From: Flaccisagitta enflata
Lineage: Eukaryota
Length of the DNA: 64,000 bases
Assembly: GCA_965153355.1 (NCBI GenBank)
Contig: OZ231126.1
Span: 18,600,001 to 18,664,000 of the forward strand
Direction of reading: 5' to 3'
A program made the position numbers and the translations under genes. Under the pieces are notes generated by a model that made no database searches, was not told the origin of the DNA, and was given only the letters and a program-made list of their open reading frames with translations. This document shows, in pieces, positions 24,410 to 38,800 of this stretch (positions are counted from its first letter, which is position 1; every line of letters begins with the position of its first letter).

Positions 24410-27140
24410 AAAAGAAAGAGGACATTAAAAAGGCCTAATAAATTTAACTTGCCTGTCCTTGAGGCGTCGTCATCGTCGTTGTTGATTGCATGGCGTCATC
24501 CATACATTCCGTCTGGACATCCAGATTCTCGAATTGGCGTTCAAAGTTGTCCATCAGCCTGCAAATATAATTAGATTAACATAAAACTACAAATATTGAG
24601 GGTCTGTCTCGGGTGGACAACAAACGGCTTCCACCTTGCATCGAACACATCAGTAAGAGGTGGGCCGATATCTAAAACAGACAGCTATCAAATATCTTTT
24701 GTAACTCCCAAAAGCGTTCAGTACGATGTGAGCAATAACGCCAGTACAGAGAGGGCCTCTTAAATAGCATCATTATTTAAATGAAGAACTAAGTTTTGAT
24801 TTTTCTGAAAGCTGATAATCGCAGACATTGAGTGAATATAAAATTGCACACTTAGTGATTTGAAACAAAACTGACGATTAATTTCCCTAATTGCATGAGG
24901 CGCAATAGCTCTGTTGGTACCTAGAATACTGAACTTCAGCAAAATTGCCCTCTTCAGAGTTAGATTCAATTTCGAAGAGGTGTTGGACTTTTTTTCTTGT
25001 TGGTCATTAGTTACAGCTAGAGGACATCTAGTAGAGATACAAAACTATATTCACTCAACGCTCTTGCCCAATAGCTCTCAAAAAAATTTGAGTATGAACT
25101 GCTTCATATAAATAGTGAAGCAGGAAATGACCCTCCATCTGAGGTCATCATCATTGCTCCCACCGTACTGTATTTGGTCTTGGTTTTTAAATGCGTCCTC
25201 GCACTTCTATGCAAGAGGTGCTACATAAGAGGCTGAGCCGGATGTAGCTATCGCGGGGCCCTAGGCTTGAGAGCTAACGCGGGCCCCCCTAGCCCCCCTT
25301 GCTCTACCCTCCCTTCCCCCCCCCCCACCCCTTATCGCCCTCTTTACTAACAGGGAAAAAAGACAAAAAATCTTTCGAAGCATTGAGCTTAATATTTTTT
25401 TTCTTGATTCTCTTCCATTCCTTCTTTTTTCTATTTATCAATTTTTTTTTCTCTCTTTCTTTCCATTTGTTTTCCCTTTTTCCCCTGTTTTCCTTCTCTT
25501 TTTCTCTTCCCGAAGGGTAGGGGCTCTACCGCGGGGCCCCCCTTACCGCGGGGCCTATGGCTTCAGCCTCATGAGCTCTATGGGTGATCCGGCTCAGATA
25601 AGAGGTCATGTTCGACTTGTCCGTCTGTTTCTCGGTTGGCCTGTCGGGTAACGCAGACGTTAGAAATGTGCAAAACGGCTGATTCTGACGTATTTCTTTA
25701 TTCCTATCACCTCTCATGCCTTACCACAATTATTTTCATTTATTCATTCATTAAAACCGTTTTTTCTTGTTGGTCAACAGTTATAGCTAGAGTTACAGAA
25801 CTATTCACTCAAAGCTCTTGCCCGTTAGCTTTCTGAAGTACAGTAGATGTCGTCTAGACTTGGAAAAACGGGGGAATTCCTCACACTTTTTCACAGGAAT
25901 ACAAATTCACTTATGAGGATAATATTTGGAATATAGACTAATAAAAGTATGCTTTATTTCCCATGGGTGTTGGTTGCTATGGAAACACATTTTCATGTAT
26001 TCACGCGAAAGTATCAATATTTGGAGAAGTTTTTTGAGTGAACATTGTTTAAAATAAAATTTGCTACAACTTTCCCACAAAAGGTTCTGTTAGAATATTG
26101 CTCGTTTAGCCGTTGCTAGGGAGCGTAACTATGTTTGACAACACTGTGATGCTCCCTAGCAACTGCCAAACCAGCGATATTCTTACAGAACATACTGTGG
26201 GAAAGTTATAGCAAATTTTATTTTAAACAATGTTCCTTCAAAAAATTCCTCAAAATATTGATACTTCAGCATGAATACATGGAAATGTGTTTCCATAGCA
26301 ACCAACACCCATGGGCGATAAAGCATCCTTTTATTAGTTTATACTTTAAATATCAGTCTCTTAACTTTATTTGTCTTCCTGTAATGAAAACTCCCGTATT
26401 TCTAAGTCTAGACAAGATCTACTGTACCATAGTTGAAGCTACTTCATTTAAATAGTGAATCAGGAAATAACCCTCCATCTGAGGTCATCATTGCTCCCAT
26501 CATACTGTATATGGTCTTCGTTTTTTTATTTTCAGCCTTTTTTCTCCATCCCCTAACCCATTAATTCTATTCTTGTTCATTAAAGCAAAATGTGAATTAC
26601 TTCGAGATCTTTTCCAAGTCCATCGATTTCATAGCGGCCTCCATGCTTTTGACGACGCCCGACATGCTGTTGGTCACTTTCCTGGTCGTTACTGCTTGTT
26701 GCACTCGCTGCGAAACAGCGTCAATTCGCGAAGACATCCTGAGGAAATGGGAAACAATCCAATGAGATTATGCCGTCACCAGTTATCACACAGCTTTTAT
26801 TCTTTGACACTCTTGATCCTCTCACCCGTTTTGTCACACGACAACAATCAACCAACGAACTGACAACGCGTAATTATCAATTCAGATTTATACAAGCCTT
26901 CAAATAATTTCGATCATGAAAAAGCCATCACTTGTAAAAGTTAAGAGCCTGATTTTTCTGTCGAATGGCGTTTTCGGCGTGAATTTTAGCTCCTTCCATG
27001 TTGCCTTTTTGAATGGCTTTTTTCAGTTTGTTTTTTTCGGCGATTTCCTCTTTTTCACATTTTTTTGCCGCCCTTTCCATCTCCTTCGAGGACATCCTCA
27101 GATTAAAAAGATGCTGTTCCATCGAAGGTCCAGCCCCCAT
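23465..27140 (-). CDS. CHMP1B: Charged multivesicular body protein 1B (ESCRT-III), 202 aa, 4 exons
   Basis: Exons 27140-26932, 26738-26601, 24558-24453 and 23620-23465. Translation MGAGPSMEQHLFNLRMSSKEMERAAKKCEKEE...HAENAIRQKNQALNFYKMSSRIDAV...LMDNFERQFENLDVQT...TTPQGQVDGLMQQMAEEAG...QDELSDRLAQLRNT* follows CHMP1B, including the C-terminal MIM1. Intron 3 has a GC donor. Confidence 0.95.
25233..25597. mobile_element. hAT-like MITE (365 bp) inserted in a Helentron-like family-B element in CHMP1B intron 2
   Basis: TIR CTGAGCCGGAT / ATCCGGCTCAG. 8-bp TSD ATAAGAGG at 25225-25232 and 25598-25605. Confidence 0.85.
25841..26424. mobile_element. Tc1/mariner-pogo-type foldback MITE in CHMP1B intron 2
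   Basis: TA-CAGTAGATgTCGTCTAGACTT ... AAGTCTAGACaAGATCTACTG-TA, with inverted arms across most of its length. Confidence 0.85.
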
Positions 27141-29302
27141 TGTCTCGGTTTATTCTACGTAATGTCTCTCCGCACCAGGTAAATGATCAATTTTCTTTCT
27201 CGACCAAGGACTGCCGAGTTCGAGTTCTCCTTTTTGGCTGGGTCACTGAGTCACTATCGCCTGATTTCGAATGGTAAACAAAGCGACGTCATCGAGGGTG
27301 GAGCGCTCATAAATTAAGATTGTTCTGGTACCTTACATCAGGGGGGAAAACAAATAAGTTTGTTGCAAAGCACTAATCAAACACCAACATTGACTGTCAA
27401 TTTATGCAACGCTGGAATTTAGCGAAGAAGATGTTAAACTGATTTGTTGAAATAATCACCAGGAATAACGGCTTCAATGAATGGTCATTTGTTTGAAAAT
27501 TCGGTTAGACTAAGCTTTGAACAGAACCGTTCTAACAAACAACTCAGTATGTAACACTATTCAGCAAAGTTCATACCCCCACGTTTGAGAGAGCAGCATG
27601 GTTCAACGGAAACCAGATAGGTCATCCTTATTTTTTTGTTCACTGGGTAGTTAGGCATATTAACTTTCTGCCATATCTAATTCAGGAATGTTGCTTAAAC
27701 GTTGTCAAGCTGATGGATCACAATTATCACTGTTGAGACACAATGACTGAATACACTCATTTCTTTTTATAAGAACTGGGCATGGAGGGAATATTTGGAT
27801 GTCCGAAATATTTCGGACAAATAATACATTTTTTCTGTTGTTTCGGATTCCCACAAATGATTTCATTATTCCTCCGAATTATCCCGAATGTTTTGGCAAC
27901 TGGCTTAATAACAAGAACCGTACTTAGCGTACTAGCTTCTACTTTAAATGTATCACAATCAACCTTTTAAAACTGTAAAATTGAAATTTTTATAATAAAT
28001 TCACAAAATTTGCGATTAAAATTCAATGCAGACCATGCCTACCCCCATCCACACCTCATGCGCCCTCATCCCCCCCCCCGGCATACTCAATTACAAAAAG
28101 CATAATTTTTTAACGCTAGTTTTCCCACTCCGACTTGTGCTTACGCAGGGCGCGGATGGACCAACAGACGGGCGGACAAAGCCTTTTCAGTCACTAGTCC
28201 GCAACTATTGTTGTAGTGATGCAAATGAGAACAAGTAACTTGGTGTTAGAAAATCATTACGGATGGGCGGTGATATAGAAATGTATTTTTTGTAAGATTT
28301 TCCCGAGCGAAAAAGATAACGCAAGATTTCACCATCCCTTTTCACTAAAAATAACGTAGGTAGTGAAACTTCTGGGTACGCAATTATGGCTTCTGGGTCG
28401 GGTCGGGGCACTGTCTCATTATATATATCTTCTTTACCATACGACTTACGAAAAAAGACGCACTTTTGGATGGTTGATTTTACCTATGAATCAAAGAAAA
28501 ACCTATAAAAATCTTAGGTCATCTGAAAGCTCTTTGAAAGTATTTTCATTTGGCGCTAATCTAGTGTTACTATCTTTTTTCGGTTAGAAATGGCATTAGT
28601 TTGAGTAAAAACATTGCCCATTTCAGTGGCGGATGATGTGGCCCCTCGCTAAACAATAGCATAAGCGACTGGGAAAATTGTAATGATAGTGATAATGATA
28701 TGATTGGTCTGTCGAACGATCAGAGGAACTCAGATTCAATAAAAAATGATTATCACCAGGCCTGAAATTAGTATTTTATCTAAGCGTGCATGCCGGGCAC
28801 GCCCCACAAAATTTTAGCGTGCCCGACAGGAAAAGAGCATGCCCGGAAAATAAGGTAGTTTTACCTTACTTTGTACATTTTCTCCTTCAAATGATAGCTA
28901 ATACTGAAATAACTACAACGTTCTTATTTTTAGTGCGTTTTGATGCCATGTTAAAAAAAAAACTGTTCATATCAACAAGGCCGGATACAAGGCAATCCAA
29001 TTGCGGACGGTTGGGCAGGAGCAGTAATGCAAAAAACCGCTCACAATTTAGATATGTGACCGACGGATGGACGGACCGATGGATGGTTAAGGTGTAGAAT
29101 CGTGTGTCCGCGACTAAAAATGAGTTAGGCTAAGCTTAATCTGACTTTATTTCTTTGTGCGTCCTCGCATAAGAAGTCATGTCTGTCCCTCAGTTGGTTG
29201 ATCTGTCAGTCTATCACGCAAATGTCAAAACCGCGCAAAACAGCCAATCCTGGCGTCCTTCTTTATTCTTGCAACCTTCCTACTTTCATTCACTTTCATT
29301 TA

Positions 29303-29480
29303 CAGTTGAACCTCGCTCTAACGGACCCGCAACCAGCGGAATTCCGCCTATAACAGCTGCAAATTTATGGTCCCGTCAAGTTATTTTTTTATTTTCTTTA
29401 TTGGCAACAAAATTCCGCATATAACAGAATAAAATTGTTGGTCCCCTGAAATGCAGTAGAGCTCGAGCGGGGTTTAGCTG
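29303..29480. mobile_element. Small pogo/Tigger-like MITE
   Basis: TA-CAGTTGAACCTCGCTC ... GAGCGGGGTTTAGCTG-TA. Confidence 0.65.
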
Positions 29481-30056
29481 TACTTTCATCATCTTTCATT
29501 CAGTTTCATTCATTTTCATTCATTTCCAATTTTCATCCATACATGCCCGCATTCATCAAAAATATCAAATCGTCCAAAATGTTCATTCATACATTTTTAG
29601 GCCAGGCACACAAATTGACTTTTTCTTCTCAGTTGAAAAAAGAAACATTGATGCATCAAATGAAGTTGAAATTTCACACTTTTAAACGCCTAATGGAAAA
29701 GATAAAGAAAAAGGCCGAGTTAACGCCAATATTTGTCTCGCGATTAAAGAAAGAAAGAAAGAAAGAAAGAAAGAATGAATGAATGAATGAATGAATGAAT
29801 GAATGAATAGATGGATGGATGGATGGATGAATGAATAAATGAATGAATAAAAAATGAACAAACGAATGATAAATTGGTTGAAGGATCGAAAGCGAAGAGG
29901 TAAAAAGAATGCTGAGAACGCTCATTTGCACGATTTTTTTTGGAAAGTATGAGACGACAAAACTAAAAGAGACACACCAAGAGTGGCCAGGCCTGATAAT
30001 CACTTCTGACTGGGTTATTTACAAGTCTAGCAACATTTGTGTTGACATCATTGGAG

Positions 30057-30060
<4 letters not shown>

Positions 30061-30150
<90 letters not shown>

Positions 30151-30250
30151 CAGACAGAGAGAGACAGAGACGGAGAGAGACATGGAGAGAGACACGGAGA
30201 GAGACACGGAAAGAGACACAGAGAGAGAGAGAGAGAAAGAAAGAAAGAAG
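30061..30250. repeat. (GA)n microsatellite and derivatives
   Basis: Seen directly. Similar (GA)n at 13586-13625 and 24036-24093, and (GAAA)n at 24352-24420. Confidence 0.9.
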
Positions 30251-30586
30251 CAAGCCTGTCCCCCTGAATGTCCAAGATTATTAGCCGGGGTTCAGTTTTG
30301 TTAAAAAAGAAATGGATTACTTTAATAACGTATCAGTTACTCATTTTGTTTTTAAGGTTTCCTTTCATAAATAACTAAACCTTCTGAAAGTGATCTAAAA
30401 CTGTTTTGGCTCTCTCCTCTGGCGTATACCCGCTATTTCCAGCCTGAAATGAAGTAGTATTATTGATAAAGCAAAACATTCGGATCTTTCGGCTCCCTTC
30501 GGGGGAGGGACAAAATAATTCCCCTCCCCTCCCTCCAAAGGACATATTGTCCCTTGGAACATGCCTAATAAGAACATGGGTTTTTT

Positions 30587-31032
30587 TTCCTGAGGCTCAG
30601 TGTTCTAATTTTTAAGTCAATTTGAGGCTCAAACTGTTCTTGTGATGTTCTTATTGTATTTTGATTTTCAAGATGTTTATCTCAAACAAATCAAATTATA
30701 TCAAGAATACAGTGTAGATTAAAGTCAGTCATTGCAATTGCAGTCTCATTTTAAGCTTCATAAAACTTAGAGTTCTTAACGGCAATGAAAAAGGATTTGA
30801 TATTTTTTTTTTTCCTGAGGCTCAGTGTTTTAATTTTTAAGTCAATTTGAGGCTCAAACTGTTCTTGTGATGTTCTTATTGTATTTTGATTTTCAAGATG
30901 TTTATCTCAAACAAATCAAATTATATCAAGAATACAGTGTAGATTAACGTCAGTCATTGCAATTGCAGTCTCATTTTAAGCTTCATAAAACTTACAGTAC
31001 TTAACGGCAATGAAAAAGGGTCTGATATTTTT
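30587..31032. repeat. Near-identical ~225-bp direct tandem duplication
   Basis: TTCCTGAGGCTCAGTGTT...CTTAACGGCAATGAAAAAGG starts at 30587 and again at 30812. Confidence 0.9.
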
Positions 31033-32898
31033 AAATTCTTCTGGTTTTAAGGCTGGCAATGTTCTTATGATTGTTCTTATTTTTTTCCCCATCTGAGCGT
31101 CAATGTTCTTATAAACAAGGTTCTTGGTCAAAGAAATGAGTGTACTCAAAATAATCACCATTTAAACAATGTGTACGGGCACAAAGCCAAAACAGGCAGA
31201 TCCCTTTCACCCCCACTCACTTTAAACTAATAGAAAATTTGTATGCCAATCAAATAATTTCTATCAACAACAGTCTACACTGAGTTTTATAACAGAGTTT
31301 TACCCTTGCCACAAGATCTCTTTTCTAGCTTTAGGAACCAAATCCCAACGTCAACGAGTCGTAACCGCTGGCTTGCTAGCTAAAGGGACTGGATTGCTAG
31401 AACTTATTGAGCCGAATGAGCGCGCGTTCATTCACCCGAGTTCTTTATACAGAACATCGCTCAGCCGCCCAAAAAATTAGTCAATGTTCAGCACAACAAG
31501 ACGAGAAATTGAGAAAAAAACACTTACATTATTTTTTCAAGAACTGAAAGTTACTTTTCACTCATAGCCTCTCGGATTATACCATGTCACGAAAACTATT
31601 ACAAACGCCGATCGGTATAACGCCACTCACCACTCACTTTCATGTTACTTTTTAGATGCGTCTTCGCATCTCTATAAAAAGGTGTGTCCGTATGCCCGTC
31701 TGCTTGCTTACCCGTTTCATAAATCCCGCTAACCATCTCAAAACATTCACCAAGCACCCCTAATCATTATAGATGCGCCCTCGCATCTCTATGCATCCAT
31801 CCAACGTCTGTCTGTGTGTTACCTTCTTTTTCAATACTGCTGATTATCCCAAATCACTCCCCAACCATCCCTGATCATTTTTTGATGCGTCCTCGCATCA
31901 AAATGAGAGGGTCTGTCTGTTTGTAAATGCATCCATATGTTACCCCTTTTTAAAAGTCCTGTTAAGCTTCTCAAATTCCTCACTAACCACCCCTGATCAT
32001 TTTTGAATGTCCGTCCATGATGATCGAGTAACAAATGTGAGAAAACGCATATTTGACGTACAGCGGGTGTGTGTATGTGTGGAACAGGATTATACGCCCC
32101 CGCCCTCCCGTCTGTGACGACATAGTAACTCCGCGTCACCTGTTTCCTCTGCTATCTTGTTGTATTTGCTCTCTTATCCCATAAGCAATTATATCTAGGA
32201 ATGTCACTTTTTTAATATACAGCATTGAATGAGGCTGAGGGTTCTTTGCAGAGAAACACTTGCAACCCGAACATAAAAGTTTGCAAGTTAAAACTACAAT
32301 ATGCAAAATCCAATGTAGCCAGGGGGATTTGGTAACCTCTGTTCAACACAAAGTTCTCTCTGTTCAGAGCTCAGCAGAGGACGCATCGATGCCCGATCGG
32401 ACGAATTAAATAATAGAAGGAAACAGATTCTAACTCGCCGATCGATTTTTAAGACTTGACGTTACCAGTCATCACAGTTCTTTGGTAAAAACTCTAAAAC
32501 ACCAGACAACCACCATCCACCATTTACCAATCTAGACATCACGTAAGAGGGTCATGAATGATGAGAGTAAAAATATAAGTTCGAAACTTATGTATTAGTT
32601 AACCGGAAAGATAAAGCTCAAACAACATTTAAATCACAACTACGAACTTTGAAAAGTTCAGCATCCTTGTCTAATTGATTTCAAAGCTTTTGTATGTCAA
32701 TCATATGTTTATACACTCCAATAGAACCTTTCCATTAAGCCATTTACTTAAATATTTAAAAGATTTCAAATACCAAAAAATTCTTTAAAAAATCAAATAT
32801 GTGAAAGAAAGGGGAAAAAAGACAAAGAGGACTGATAACGAGAGAAGAGAGAAAATAAAAATTCTGGAGCATGAAGTGAAGAAAATGAATAGAGAAAC

Positions 32899-35800
32899 CT
32901 ACACCGAGCACGAATTATCGGGCGGAGGAGGGTCACAATCCGGTCTCGTGTCATCAGTTTGGTACCACACAACGGCGCTAGAATCCTCCTCGATTAAATT
33001 CATAACTTTGGTCCATTCCACTTTCATGAAGCCGATACACTGGTTCAAATCGAAAGGTCTGCGAGCGTCGGCGCCGTTGTTGTTAACGGCGTAAACTCCT
33101 TTCCCGCTTCTCGGTGCGAAGCCGCCTTTGCCCGGATGATCTGCCGCGTTGACGGCGTGGAATGCGGCCGCAGCTTCTTCAAAGCCATAAGGAGCGTTGT
33201 TGTTGTTGTTATTGTGCCTGTCTCCGTAATTTCGAGTGTCGTAGTACGGATTGTAATCCGAGGAAGCGGCGTTGTTGCTGTTGTGATGATTCGGGCGATT
33301 CCTCGTTCTCTCGCCGCGTCCCCTCGAAGGATAAGCGTGATTTCTTCCATCGTCGAAGGTCTTGGACGTGGCAGCGTTGTGGCGATCGTAAGCCATCGAG
33401 GGCAAAGGGTTCATCGTATAGGGATGAACCGATCGCTTGCCATCGGCGTTGATGATGTTGTTATTGATGTTGTTGTTAGGCTGTTCTATCGCAGAATTTG
33501 TCGCTAAAGGAGTGACGACGGATGAACCGATTTTAACGCTGGGGGGTTGATTGAATGAAGCTTTAGGTCGTGAGCTGCTAACATTACTGCGAGGATGCTG
33601 ATGCTGAACTTGACTAGGAGGGATTGTGAGCGGACGAGGCATTTCCAAGGCGGCAGGCGTTCGATCATGCGTGATTGGTGAGGCGATAGTCTGGACATTA
33701 GCTTCGGCTCCGTTGAGAGATGAACCAAGTTTGGTCGACGGCGAAGTGTATGCGGTCGAGGGGGAAGGAAGAGAAGGAAGAGGATTGGCATCTGCCGTCT
33801 TTACCGTCTCCAAAGGAGATGCAAGCGTCGCCGACAAGCACGGAGGCGTCGACCTCGCAGGTGGCTGCACAAATACCACCGACGCGTTTGCTTGCGCAAT
33901 CCCACCTACTTCCTTCAAAGTGGGTTGTTGCCGTTGTTGAGGTGCTAGGTTTGAGACAACGCCCGTGGTAACGACAGGCGGCGCTGGGGTCAGATTATCG
34001 ATATCAGTCACGTCAAAGCCGAAAGTGATTCCGTCGAGAGCTTCCGTTCCAGATTCCGAGTCTTTTTTGTCCAGAAACACGACAAACGGTTGTTGTTTCT
34101 TCCCGCTGCTGGAGGTGGAGGAGGGCGTCGTCGTGCTGACGGAAGTTGGTGTTGATTCCAAAGGCGTTGTTGACGTCGTCGACGTTTGAGCCTTGGCACG
34201 CGGGCTGTTGGCTGCTTTAGATGAAAGCGAAGCGGATGCTTCGCCGCGGGTCTTCCGTTTCGTCTTGGCGATGGATGGTGCGGGTTCGGCGTTCTTTCGC
34301 TCGACGCCTTTAGGCTCAACGTTTTTATGCTCGAGATGCCTGTAGTTGTCTTTAGGCTCGACGCCTTTAGGCTCAACGTTTTTATGCTCGAGATGCTTGT
34401 AGTTGTCTTTAGCCGTGATTTTATCCGATGATGTTGACAACGATGGAGAAACTGTTTTGACGGGAGGTTGAGGATCTTTAGATGCGGTGTTCGAATTTAA
34501 GGCTTTGTTGTTCGAACCACGGGATGGGGCACTAGTGGACGGGGGCTTTTCAACCTAAGGAGAATGATGTAAAAGTCAAAGAAGACATTGAACATGTCAG
34601 TTGTAATGACGCAGTACAAGCATGAGCAAAGTAAGGCAAGACAGAAAAAGCAGCTAGCAGAGTTGGATGCTTCGCATAGCAAAAGTTGGTTATTTCTTTT
34701 CGCCCTCTTTACCTAATGTGGAGTGACCAATTTCAGAACCGTTACCATTTTTGTTTTATCAAAAATCGTTCATCTTCCGTTTTTTAGAAAATTGCTTTTG
34801 AGGACCTAATTTGCATAATGCAGTGGGATAAAACAATATGCTGACATTGTTTGTATCAACTTTCATAATTTCTACTCTTCACAGAATTGCAATTCTGCCT
34901 TTTCATTTGCTCTTTTGTAACTTATGTTCTGATATTTTAGTTGTTTTTTTTTTCATACAATATGATTTTTTAAAACAAATAATTGTCCTTTTTGTAACAA
35001 AACTACACAGGATTTTGCTGAATTCTGGGAAATCAGTGGAAACTTTAGGGCCAAAACAAAAACGGAAGATGAAGGAATTTTGAAAAAAGAAAAATGGTCA
35101 TCTTCATGATTTTTGCTTCTCCACATTACCTAAGTAGGGTGAAGGGATACTCCCAACTTTTGCTATGTGATGCACCCAACTAGCAGAGGCAGTCCGAAAA
35201 ATCAAAGGCTTGAGATAGAAAGCAAATGAAGCGAGGTCACAATATCGTTGCGGGGGATGGAGCATTCAAACCCCATCCACACCCTCCTCCATCCCTCACA
35301 GCTCACACACACAGAACATCAAATGTGCTGCATTATAAATGCGCGTTTTCGCACTATTGAACTCGAGAGCGTAGCAGATGGACAAACTATCGGACAGATG
35401 GACCAACGGACAAAGACAGATCGAAGAAACTAAGGTAAGAGACAGAAAACAGACAAAAAACGATGAAAACAATTGCCCCGCCCTGCCCTGCCCGGCCTGC
35501 CCACGGTCAGCACATAGAGGTGCGCAAACCAGCAAAATGCACCGCCAGGGAGTTAAACGGCCTATCCATTGAATCACGAACTCTGAGCTGTGAATTAGGC
35601 CAGTCAAGGCCAATTCCACTGAAGCACGACCTCTTGCTTCAGTGGAATTGCAATTCGTGCTTCAGTCGATTGACTCTTGACATACTTTCATACTGCAATT
35701 GACCTCTTTCCAAAATACAATGAAATAGAAAGTCAAATTTTTTTTTGATTGAGTGCAAATACTTCAGTGGAAACTTGATTGATTTCTTTTAATTCAGAAA

Positions 35801-38800
35801 AAAACAAGGCCGGATACACAGCTACCGAAGTCGCGTGTGGGTGGGCAGGGGCCATATTTGAGGTCACCAGACCATTTGGGCAGGAGCGGTGACGTCAAGA
35901 AAATAAAATCATAAAAAAAGTAAAGTGTGACAGACCAACCGACCAACCGACGGACAAAGCGGGTTGTAGAGTCGCGTGCCCGCGACTAAAAATCTGAACA
36001 GTATCTGGGTCCGCAATGGAGGGGGGTTAAAGATCACCAATTCTATAAGATCGCTATCATCAAAAGATCTTTAACCCTGTAAGTTCGCTAAAACTATAAG
36101 TCTTACATCTAGAGTCTCCATACAAAGTTTCATGAAAATCCATTGAAAAATGGCAAAGTTATGCACGTTTTTCACTTTTAGGCTAGTAGGGTGGTTGGGT
36201 GGTAGGCTGGTTTGGATAAATAGTGTGCATATGTTGAGTTCTTCCATTTAAAGACTCCATACCAAGTTTCAACCAAATTGGTTAAAAAATATCCAATTTA
36301 TGTAAGTCTGTCTTTTTTAGGCCAGTAAGCTGGTAGGGTGGTAGGTCGGTTTGGCCAGTTAGCTCACTCAAACGTAAATAAATCACATACATATGTTGAG
36401 TCCTTCCATTTAGAGACTCCATACCAAATTTTGACCAAATGGGTTGAAAGATGCCAAAGTTACGTTTTTCACTTTTAGGGTGGTAGGCTGGTTTGACAGG
36501 ATAAATAGTATGCATATGTTGAGTTCTTCCATTTAGAGACTACATACCAAATTTCAACCAAATTGGTTGAAAAATGTAAAAGTTATGCAAGTTTTTCACT
36601 TTTAGGCTGGTAGGCTAGTTGGGTGGTAGGTTGGTTTGGCTGGTCAGCATGCTCAAATGCATATAAACCACATACATATGTTGAGTCCTTCCATTTAGAG
36701 ACTCCTTAACAAATTTCAACCAAATTGGTTGAAAAATGCCAAAGTTATGCATGTTTTTCACTTTTAGGCCGGTAGGCTGGTTGGGCCAGTTGGGTTGGTC
36801 AGATCACAAAAATTGGATAGGATATAAAGCGCCTTACCCTAGTACAACTTCCCACCAAATATAAACCAAATGGGTCAAAGCATAAAAAAGTTATCCATTT
36901 TTTAAAATCCCTAACGACAACAACAACAACGACGACAACGACGACGACAACACCCACCCGCCTTTAATTACAGTCCACTTCGGAATGATATTCCGTCACG
37001 GAGAAAAAGTTCTTTTTTTAAGTGCGTCCTCGCACTTCTATAAGAGGTCATGTCTGTTGGTCGGTTGGTCGGTCGGTCGGTTGGTAACGCAAACGTTTGA
37101 AATGCGCAAAACGGCTCATTCTGACGTGTTTCTTTATTCCTATCACCTTTCATGCCTTACCACATTCATTTTCATCCATCCATTCATTTATTCATTCATT
37201 CATTCATTCATTCATTCATTCATCAAAAACGTTCATTCACAAGTTCTTAATCATGCGAGGCGCACTTATTGGCCTTAACTTGGCCTTGTTTCTAAATTAT
37301 CATCTTTGAATATCTTTATCTTTTTTCTTTTAATTTTCATCTTTCTTTTGTCATAAAATCTTATCATATTTCTTTTAAGTGCGTCCTCGCACTTCTATAA
37401 GAGGTCATGTCCTTCGGTTGGTCGGTCAGTTGGTTGGTCGGTCACGAAAACGTTTGAAATGCGCAAAATGGCTGATTCTGACGTATTTCTTCATTCCTAT
37501 CACCTTTCATGCCTCACCACATTCATATTTATTCATTCAATTATTCATTCATATATTCATTCATTCATCAAAAACGTTCATTCATAAAACCTTAATCAAG
37601 CAAGGCGCACTTATTGCCCTGTTTTTTTTTTTTTTTTGAAAGAAAATAAGTTTTCTCACATGCTATTGTGTTTTTCAAAATGATAAACTCAGCAAATATA
37701 ATAAATCAAGAAGTAGTAGAGAGTGATGAAAAAAATAGCTCTAGGAGAAATAGAAACAGATGAAAAACAAGGCCGGATACACGGCAATCCAGTCGCGGAC
37801 GGTTGGGCAGGAGCAGAAAAGCAAAAACCGCTCGGAATTCAAAAATGTGACTGACCGAATACGGACCGACATACCGACCGACACGCCAAGGTGTTGAGTC
37901 GCGTGTCCGCGACTAAAAAAAGAAGGAATTTCTTAATTTCTTCAAATAAGCATAAAGAAGAAATAACTTTGACTATATTTACTACTGTGGCAAAATCAGC
38001 TACGACGTCGTGCTTCAGTGGAAATGATTTTAACTAAAGCACGATTTTCGTGATTAAAAGGATGCCCCAGTTAAACTACTGAAAAATGGGATAAAAAATT
38101 TTGATTCTTTTTCACTTTCCCCTGACAAAAAAACAAGGCCGGATACACGGCTACCCCAGTCGCGTGCGGGTGGGCAGGGGCCATACTTGAGGTCAGTGGA
38201 ACATTTGGGCAGGAGCAATAAGGCCAAAACCCCCATTAACGCCGAAAAAGTAAAGTGAGGGACGGATGGACAAACCGACGGATGGACCGACGGACCAAGG
38301 GAAGGTAAAAAATCCTCAACAAGACCTGAAATTGCTTTTTAATACCACAAAGTACCGATTAAATTGCGAACCGGGCCACTCCCATGAATATGGGGGCATA
38401 ACAGAACGTCTGCTGTAGCACCCCCCCTTATTTTAAGGGAGTACGAGTGTAGGGCAAGTCAAAATCTCGCCTCAGATGCTTGATTTTCATGTCAGTGGGC
38501 CCAAAATATGGGGCTGTCACTCAAAAAATACCCTGCGGATGGCCCCAAAAACCGATTTTCGCATTATTTATGTTGTTTTATTAGCGTCTTTTAGCGTTTT
38601 TTCAATTTTTTTTTCTTTTTCAAACTACTGTTGTTCATGCCATGCCTCAGTAGCATTCTTCATCCTTTGGAAAAAAAACAAGGCCAGAAACACGGCTACC
38701 CCAGTCGCGTGTGGGTGGGCAGGGGCCATAATTGAGGTCAGTGGAACATTTGGGCAGGAGCAATAAGGCCACATTAACGCCAAAAAAGTAAAGTGTGACA

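Noticed and set aside
34298-34412. 57-bp coding duplication (KDNY.HLEHKNVEPKGVE x2)
   Set aside because: Real, but a minor local duplication in a disordered region with no sign of wider significance.
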